From NCBI GenBank assembly GCA_020184695.1, contig JAANOX010000070.1, positions 307,889-371,888 of the forward strand: DNA of 64,000 bases, in the 5' to 3' direction. Positions within the stretch are counted from its first letter, which is position 1, and each line of letters starts with the position of its first letter. Below the pieces are notes generated by a model. The model was given only the letters and a program-made list of their open reading frames with translations. It did no database searches and was not told where the DNA came from. The stretch comes from Histomonas meleagridis 2922-C6/04-290x (taxonomy: Eukaryota > Protista > Parabasalia). A program made the position numbers and the translations under genes. Positions 55,336-64,000 of the stretch are shown here, piece after piece.

Positions 55336-55883
55336 ATGGGTTGTTGCGGAAGTTCTGTAGATGAGAAAAGAATTTTACTATTGGGTTTAAAGGGCTCTGG
55401 AAAAAATCAAATTTGTATGTTTTATTTCTAACAATAGTATGTCAGTTACAAAGTAAAAATAAAAAGCAAACTATCCATCATTTTCAAACTAAGGATTTCG
55501 ACTCGCAAAGTCTCGCGTATGAAGGATATACAGTCTATTCATGGGATTTGAATGGAGTTGAAAATTCACGTCCAATTTGGAGACATTATTTTAATGATGC
55601 AAAAGCCATTATTTTTGTTGTTGACTCCACTGCCGAAGACCAGCTTGATAAAATCAAAGAAGAAATTCATCAAATTGTGAAAATTAGTGAAATTAAAAAT
55701 TGTCCTATTTTAATATTTGCAAATAAGCAAGATATAGAAGGAGCTCTTTCACCAGATCAGATCAAAGAAAAAATAAACATTGATTCTATACCACAACAGA
55801 AGCAAACAATTATTGGATCGAATGCAAATAATGGGGATGGAATATTTACAGGGATGAAATGGGTTTTATCATCTATTAAATAA
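55336..55883 (+). CDS. ARF/ARL family small GTPase, two exons (55336-55414, 55438-55883)
   Basis: MGCCGSS..RILLLGLKGSGKNQI joins in frame after intron removal to LCQLQ..WDLNG..RPIWRHYF..IFVVDST..FANKQD. Confidence 0.88.
55415..55437 (+). other. Canonical 23-nt spliceosomal intron
   Basis: GTATGTtttattTCTAACaaTAG; its removal fuses the ATG exon to the Arf ORF in frame. Confidence 0.88.
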
Positions 55884-56339
55884 CGTCATAGTTGTTTATA
55901 TTTACTTGATTACATTTTATTATTTAAATAAACATTTTATCATGAAACAAAAAAATCATTATTAAAATTACAAATTTATTTATTTGTTTTCATTTGAGAT
56001 AATATTAAAATATTTTTTAATATCAAAATGTGTAAATTTTTATTTATTATTATTATTATTATTGTTTAAAGTATTTTAGCTAAGTTCACATAATCATTAA
56101 AATATTGTTATTGTAAATTGTGAAGTTAATTTTTTTATGCATTAAATATTCAACTAAGCTTTAAATATAAATATCAATATTTAAAGAGTATGATGATTTA
56201 AATGTAATTTATATCATAAAATTAATTCATTTTTTCTCGTGTGATATATCTGAAAAATAAAACTATTTTAGGAAAAAATATTTTGTAATAATTTTTACTT
56301 AACATATTTATTATAGAGAAAACTCAAATTTCTCTTTGG

Positions 56340-57152
56340 TTAAATGTACTTTGTTCCTGAAGCAATTTAGCAAATTCCACCAGCAACTGCATATTCACAA
56401 GAATTTTCGATATTTGCACTTCATAAGTAAATATTTAAAACATTTTATTGATCCAAAAAATGCTGCATAATCAATTAATGAAACATCTTCTTCATTAACA
56501 AAATCATGTCTTTCATAAAGTGATGGTTTAATTGTTTGATTAAAATCAAAATTTGCTTGCGATGATATTTCTTGAAGTTTTTCTATTTCATCATATCGAA
56601 TTATTTTTGCGATTTCATTCGGATTAACTCCTTCTTTAATTAACTTCTTATGAAGTTCCCAATCATTCTTGGAAATTTTTTTTAAATTACTGATAGTTTC
56701 ACAATAAAATGGAGTGTTATAACTATGAATTTTCACCCTATGAATATCTTTCTTTGTTTTATAATGTACAAAATATATTGTTCCTATTTTAGTTTTAACT
56801 AAACTTGGGTCGATTAGATTTTGCTCAACCATCTTTTCAAGAATAAAATTTGATTCTTGCATGTTTATAGTCATAAGCGTACGACCAAACATTTCAATAA
56901 CATCATTTTCAATAATGTTTTTTTCTTTTTGTTTAAGTTCTAACAAATAATCAATGTAGATACTTAAAACATTTAACATTTTTGATAGAATACAGTCATA
57001 AACAATTTGACATATTAAAAGATTGAATATGGAAAATTATTATTGTAAAATTTCATTGTTGAGTTTACTGATTCCTTAATATCACCTTTTTTATCTATGT
57101 TAAACAAAACCTCTTCAAGCTGTTGAAGGTTTGATGTTTTGGAGAGTGACAT
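56340..57152 (-). pseudogene. Truncated DUF3447-like family paralog (no ankyrin array)
   Basis: MSLSKTSNLQQLEEVLF start at 57152, then in-frame TAA and frameshifts. ORF 56395-56979 has SLIDYAAFFGSIKCFKYLL; the sequence breaks off after YAVAGG. Confidence 0.75.
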
Positions 57153-60099
57153 TTCTGAAATTTTAGAAGATGCAATTAGTGCAAATCTTTTTCAAAAATG
57201 GGAAAAAAATTTTTAGATACTTAACGGTCGCAGACCCAATTCATGTAAAAATCATGATTTTTTATATGCGGATTTAATCATTTACCCTATAAATATGAGT
57301 ATGTTTTATATAAAACAATACTAGTCATTTCATCCGGTGTATTTGAAACAGTATGAACACATCTTAAAATCGTAAAAGAAATAGCAATTCTATAAAGAAC
57401 ACATATACCTGTACAATCCATGAGTTTTATTCATTTTATCTATCTATAAAAAAGCTGAAAAAGAGGGAATTTGTGAAATGTATCGTGTTCAAAATAAGAC
57501 GCTGTCAACCAAATAAACGGTCATTTCAAATCAGAAAATCAATTTTTTTTCATTTTCCACTGAACAAAATTTAAAAAAATATAAATAAATAAGTATACAC
57601 ATTCTATTCAATAAAATTATCTTAACCAAATTTTGTTATCTTATTCTTTTATGAGCAATCTCCAAAATTTCGAAATGCTTTTTTGGGCTTTAGGATTAAA
57701 TACAGTAGTTCAAATTCAATGAATATATAGAACTAATAATAGTCAATATTAATTTATATAATTTTTCTATAGTTTTCATTTCTATTACTGTTTTTAAATT
57801 ATACAAGATTTTCAATATCTATAGATCATAGCAAAAATTCGAAAATCTGTCTTTGCAATTTTTTGTAATTTATATGTTCTATAAATAGTATAATTCTTGA
57901 AACAATTTATTCATTATTGGAGACTCTGAACAAAGAAGAAAAAATAACTTTTTGAATTAATTTTGCGGTTACAAATTCATCAAGATTTGACTGCAAATTT
58001 TAATACTTTACAAAAAAAATTTGAGAGCATATTCATTAGTATCACAACAAGGAATTACAAAATTAAACAGATGATAAAAATATTTTGAATATTTTTTCAA
58101 CAATTCTTGTATATACTTATTTAGATGTGGTTAATAGATACATTTAGTCTTTGTACAGATGACCGTTTGTGTATTGTATCGTACACGAATTCAAATGGAA
58201 AGTGACTAAATCCAAAGAAAATTTAAAAAAAAATATTATATCTTCATAAGAATTTGTCTACTGTTCTAATACGTCAAAATTTGATATGTTTTATATACAT
58301 TACAGAGTAGTGTATGCGAAAAAAAACCTCCCAAAAAATGAATATTTTCCTTAATAAAATCAAGCCAAATTTTTTCAATGTTACCTAGGTACTTTAGTAA
58401 ATACGATTTTGTAACATATTTTAAAAAAAATTGAAATTGCAAATTTACTGATTTTTTTGAAAATTCTCATAATATTGAAATATTTTTATAATAATTAAAT
58501 ATTTTTTTTTAATTATTATCAAATAATAGTAAAGTAAAAATGAAATTGTTTATATATGAAATTTTACTCCATGTTTAATTATTTTTTCATATGATATTAT
58601 TTCGATTTGTTACAAAAAATTCCACAATGATATTTTAATATTTGAAGTGCCATTAAATAGAATACAATCAATATTTTGTGTTTATATAGGTTTTATCAAA
58701 ATTCTTTCGTACATTTGAGAGAAATTTTCCATTTAAGCAACAACAAATTTCAATATAATGATGTGACATGTGAATTAAAAAACATTCCTAAATATCACAA
58801 AAACATGAAAAAAAGATCATAATGAAATTAATGTATACTATTCATAATAAAAATTAGAAGAATTTTGATCATTGTATATGTTATTCATCAAAATAATGCA
58901 TTTTAATTAAGAAATGCAATCATCGTAAATTTCGATAAAAATAGAAAATAAATAGAATTTAATGTCATTACATCAGCAACTTCAATTTAGGAGCATATGT
59001 TAAATAATTTTTATATAAAACAATTATGTTATATCAACAAAAATGAACAAAAAGTTGTAGCAACATGTTTCTTTGTGATAATGCGGTTTTGAGTTGACTT
59101 TTTGTGTGCAATGTTAACTTTTTGTAAGCGTATTCAAATATTTGAAATCAAAAAACAAAAATATCCAAAAAATATTTGAATGAATTCACTTAAAGACATG
59201 TGACATATGGTTTAACCCCTATGTTTATTAATAATTACAAGTTATATAAAAATCCCATTGTGGAATTTTTCGCTTACACTCCTCTTACAATAAAATATCT
59301 CATTTTATAATCATTTACTATTCATTAAAATATGTTATTTAGATTGAATATTAAATGTATAATATTATATTAAAATTAAAAGTTTTATTTTCACTTTTTT
59401 CAGATTTATCTGAAATTTTAAAGTTCTTTTGAGTTTATAAAATATTATAAGTTGCTCATATGAGCACACAATGTGTGTAGTTATTTAATATTTTTTCTGT
59501 GGACATTTTTTGCTGTCCGGTACTGTAATTTACTTAATTCTTTATTAATAAATTCAATTGTTTGTTCTTTAGAGACGTAAGCCATCTCGATTTGCATTCA
59601 TAGAGGCTCCGATTAATAATTTGCTGCGTGATCAGATCCCATCATCTTTATTTATTTCAAAAATGCAAAAAAGAGTTGTTTAAATGAATTATTCTAAATA
59701 CACACAAATTTGATGAAAAGTTTATTCATTGCCGAGTTTCGAATTTTAGTTTATTTTTTTGAGAAATCAAAAAATCATATGAAATGTTTTGCATGTTGTT
59801 TCAAAAATGATTGCATTAACGAAGAATAAAAAAAGAGACTTAATGTTGCAATAAATCTGTCTTAAAATATATGTAAAAAGAAAAGAATCATGTTTAAACA
59901 AATCAAGTCCAAATCATTCTACATTTTTTTAAACGGTTAACCGTTCAGAAATAGCCTACACTCGTTTTTTTATAGGCCGCCTGATAGATTTTATTTCCAT
60001 CTTATTAGGGCGGGTCGAAATGTCCATTTTATGGTATTTTGTCCGTCAGCGGTCCAGGTGAGATGGACCAATGGCCATGATTTTTTCAGAAGTGATCAC

Positions 60100-60844
60100 T
60101 TCCCAGCGTCAAATGTTTTTCCTCTAATTCTAAGTTTAGAAAAATATTATCATGAAATTATTGATTATTTGAACAAGAAAATTGATTATGATTCAATTCA
60201 TCGGAAAGTAATTAATCGTTTAAAAGTTACAGGTGATTATCAACTTATAAAACTTACTTAATTTATTACATTCCAAGGAAGAAATAATTGATCGAAGATA
60301 TAATGGAGTACAAAATGAAGAAGAAGAGGAAGAAGTTCAATTAACCATCGATCAAGATCATATTATTGATAATCAATATATTAAATACAATCAAGAAGAA
60401 GAAGAAGAATTTATTGAAGAAGAAGAATATTATAGTGAAGACGATATGCATTACTATTTCAATAATGAAGTAAGGGAAGAAATAAATGAAGACTTATTTA
60501 CAATGGAAGCATTGCTAGAAAGAACAATAAATATTGCTGAAATGTTCAAATATGAAAAAATGGAAATTAATTTAGTACGTGAAAAGTTTATCTATTGGTT
60601 TACAGAAGATTATAATAATTGACCATTACGATCACAGAGAAATTTCGAAACACATAGATATATCAAATTTCTGAAATCTGATAATGATTGGAAATCTTTA
60701 TTAAGAATTTGCTCACTTCTTATAACTATTCAAGCAACAAAGGCATCAGCAGAACGAGGGTTTCCAAAATTGAAAAAAATTAAATCTGATTTAAGAACAA
60801 GAATGGAAGAACAGTTAGAAGAAGCGAGAATTTTTCTTACATAA
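60100..60844 (+). mobile_element. hAT-superfamily transposase remnant (C-terminal dimerisation region)
   Basis: WKSLLRICSLLITIQATKASAERGFPKLKKIKSDLRTRMEEQLEEARIFLT* matches the hAT SxERxFSxxxxxxxxxRxxM motif. It is preceded by an acidic tract and an in-frame TGA. Confidence 0.7.
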
Positions 60845-61471
60845 TTTTAATCAAAATATATTATAATAATTTTTTTTATCTTTTTCTCTTTTGTTGTTCA
60901 TTGAAGAGACCGTTAAAAATACGTTATCCCCACTTATGCTTTTCCCCCTCTCCATTTGGGGTCCAAATGCAATGGGTTGCCAACCCTATTATAACTATTT
61001 TAATGGGATAATAGATTATATTTTAACAGTTTTAAAGAAAAATTATAGAATGGATATCAGAAATATGAACGTTACATTTTTGTGAACTTTAGAATAAAAT
61101 TTTTATCGGGTTTTTCCTATTATAAGTCGACATAATGAGGGGGGGCTGTGCGAAATCCTCGGAATTTATTTCAGGATGGTGAGAACCTTATGTGCAATTT
61201 CGAATGGTTCGGCAGAAAAGGCATAAGGCCGAACCACTCTATTATTTTCGCACATGGAAGGGGGCTTCTCCCAAGATAGTAGCGGTTTTTTGAATGCCCT
61301 CTCAATTCAAAACGATCAATTTCAACACAAAAAACAATCAGTCGTTATTAAAAAAGCTGGCTGGCCAAATAAATAATGAAAAATCTCATTCTGGAAATTG
61401 AAATTGATCGTTATAACTACGATAAGTATTCAATCCATTTCTAGTTCTTCAAAATTGATTTGACTATTCAA

Positions 61472-61969
61472 ATGGGTGCACCCTCTCGAAAGCGCTGTCT
61501 ACAGGATTTTTTGGTATAGGCACAACAGGAAAAACAACTCTTTGTGAACTTTTACAAGGCATTGATCATGGTGATTATAAACCAACTTTAGCGAATACCT
61601 ATAATATTGAAGATGACAAGAAACAAATTTATTTATGGGATATCGGAGGAGTTGAAAAATATTCAGAACTTTATCATGTCTTCGTCCATCGTTCAGATAA
61701 GATAATTATTGTTAGTAGTCCTGATCAACCTAATTGTTTAAAAACCTTCGATGCATTAGAGCAAATTCGAGATTTTCTTGGTAAACCTCAGTTTATAATT
61801 GTATACAATAAAAAAAAGTGATAAATCATATGAAAAATTATTTTCATTAGATGATTTAAAGGAAAAATGTGAAAAACACCTGAAAGATTATGATTACAAA
61901 ATATTTGAAGTTTCATTACTAGAAAATATAAATACTGAATCGCTTATTGAAGAAATATTAAAATTTTAG
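61472..61969 (+). pseudogene. Ras-superfamily small GTPase with two frameshifts (missed by the ORF track; may be an intact gene with assembly errors)
   Basis: ATG GGT (MGAPSRKR), then shifted frames give GIGTTGKTT, YKPT, LWDIGG, and NKKSD after an A8 run at about 61810; ends EEILKF TAG. Confidence 0.65.
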
Positions 61970-62554
61970 TTTTTGTAATATTTTTAGAAGCAGTTAAAGA
62001 GGTCGAATGCGGAATCCGAAAATATTCAAACAAAGTAAATATAATTTTCAAATGTTTTGTTGTGTATAATTTTTTATAAATTTTTTCTTTATAGAGTATA
62101 CTGTTATTTACATGAAAAATGGAACGATAAATAGAGGTGCAGACAAATTTAAATTTTCAATTTTTTTTAAATATATATATAAATATTCTCTCTTTTATGT
62201 ACTGATATTTTATATGTTATTTGTTTTTTTCAATTTTTTATTTTTAAAATGAATTCATAAAAAATGGGATTTCTAACATTTTTCATTTGATTTAATTATA
62301 TTTTACTCATATGTCCATAAATAAGATGTAAATTTTATTTTATTCACAAAATGATCAAAAATATGAAATTTTATATTTTTTCATTTTTGACGTAAAGATG
62401 CGAAACATGATATTATTTATTTATTCATTATATACTAATTAAAAATCGAAGCAAAATAATATCTATAATATTTTTTAATATTATAATATTAAACTAATCG
62501 TAAATGAGAAGTAAAAAATGAAAATGTTTTTTCAAATTTGATTTATTTTTTATT

Positions 62555-62830
62555 TATAGATCTCTAAATATTTGAATCAATTCCTTTGTGTCCATGAAGT
62601 AATTTAACTATATCTATATGACCATTTGAAGATGAAATCATAAGTGCTGTTTCAAATAATTCAAATAGTTCCTAAATATGATTTAGGAATTCTAAAATTA
62701 AATAAAAATTTCCATAGTTAATATCAATTCCTTTTTGTTCAAGAAGAAATTTCATTAATTCGAAATTTCCTGACTCTGTTGCACAAGTTAAAGTTTTCTT
62801 TTGAAGTTTACAATCATTCATAATATATTT
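62555..62830 (-). pseudogene. Ankyrin gene fragment D with three 17-nt intervening sequences (62654-62710)
   Basis: LTCATESGNFELMKFLLEQKGIDINYG [17] R [17] R [17] ETALMISSSNGHIDIVKLLHGHKGID. Confidence 0.65.
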
Positions 62831-63513
62831 CACTCAAAAAATATTACCAATTTTCCTAAATTTGATTTTTATAGAAATATTCAAAATTTACCTTCGGAAG
62901 GATTTATATAATCTTTATGCAATTTTATGTTCATTATCAGGTTATTTTATTTTGCTTTTTTTTTTATGGATGGTTAAAGGTGCATCTTTATAATATTTGA
63001 TTCTTGGGAAAATGAATTAATTAATTTTCCTCGTGTGGACATTTTCTTAAAAAATAAAATTAGTGCAAACAGATGGTCAATGCATTTATCTAAATATAAA
63101 ATTACCCAAAAAGTAGGAAGAAATATTGTCGCGAGATACGTAACATCAATAAATAAGTATCGATTTCCACAAATATCAGAAGATGAAATCCAGGAAATAT
63201 GTGATAATGATGTTGAGATTATTTAGTAAACACCATCCAAATAAGCTACTTATTATTGAGACGAATCAATGTATAAAAATGAGAATCAGATCTTGTTCAA
63301 TTTATATTTAGTATTATAAAGCATAATTTATATTACCTATAATAAATAAATTATTAAATTCTTATAATGTATATAGATACATAGCATATATATTATATAT
63401 TGATAAAAATATTTTCATTTTATGTCGAGTTTATAACTGATAAACTGAACACTATATGAGGTGAACTTGGACACAAAAATTTTTACGTTTTGTATCAATA
63501 TTGAATGAACTGT

Positions 63514-64000
63514 AAAGTTGAAGTGATCCTTTAACGTATTATTACAGTGAAAAGGTCAACCCTGTTGCAGAAATCAGAAAAAAAATTTCCTGATTGGCTA
63601 CATATCTCATTCTTATAAATATCAAATAAATAATAAACATATTTTTTGCAATGCCATAAAAAAAGCTAATTCACTATAAAACGAAATTTTGATATCTATT
63701 ATCATTATCGTAATAATTGCAAAATAATTTCTGATATTTCAATTTTAACTAGAAAGCCAATAATTTACTTATGAAAATTTTATTATTTTCAATATGAAAA
63801 ATCATTTCTGATGTAATATATTAAACACCTAAAATCATGTGCGTAAACCAATTTAATATGAAGATATATTTATTTTATTTTCAAGTGTCAAATCTTTAAA
63901 TAAAAGTTTTTGTCTTATAAAGATATAAGAATATTACCTACTGTTATTATTAATATTTGATATATATTTTTTAAAAATTAATATAATGAAAACAACGAGA
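63514..64000 (-). repeat. Dispersed non-coding repeat, copy 2 (runs off the window end)
   Basis: Reverse-complement match to 15351-15832. Confidence 0.85.

Noticed and set aside
60006-60988. TAGGG (60006) ... CCCTA (60988) as hAT terminal inverted repeats
   Set aside because: The match is limited to about 5-6 nt, and the flanking 8-mers (catcttat versus ttataact) are not a target-site duplication.
63035-63226. 63-aa ORF
   Set aside because: It has a GTG start, is short and carries no recognisable family signal.
1-64000. rRNA, tRNA or snRNA genes
   Set aside because: No GC-rich structured segment or tRNA box A/B pattern was recognised by eye. A tRNAscan/Infernal run would be needed to exclude them.

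Overview
Very AT-rich eukaryotic genomic DNA from a parabasalid (trichomonad-type) protist. This is inferred from M3/M5-type core promoters on four ribosomal protein genes, a 23-nt GTATGT..CTAAC..AG intron, DUF3447-like/ankyrin genes and BspA-type LRR genes; the species cannot be fixed from sequence alone. The window holds about 25 mostly intronless genes (RPS14, RPL37A, RPS17, RPL39, Mak21/NOC1-like, SAC3/THP3-like, USP, MyTH4-RhoGAP, PP2A B''-like, Arf-like, kinases, BspA, a transglutaminase-LRR-GA surface protein, two NTF2-like lumazine-binding proteins), several pseudogenes, a TIR-bounded MITE, a hAT remnant and a dispersed repeat. The main finding concerns three DUF3447-like/ankyrin genes (4749-7839 +, 35568-38197 -, 39228-42462 -) and one fragment, which look like broken pseudogenes in the ORF track. 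In every ankyrin beta-hairpin, single codons are separated by AT-rich 17-nt non-GT-AG spacers (115 parsed by hand; one is 18 nt). Removing them restores canonical D/N-x-x-G-x-T-A-L hairpins and one continuous reading frame through each repeat array. This points to a possibly undescribed system of tiny non-canonical intervening sequences flanking 3-nt micro-exons at the ankyrin target-binding positions. Expression data are needed to establish the mechanism. Scattered 1-2 nt frameshifts elsewhere may be assembly errors.
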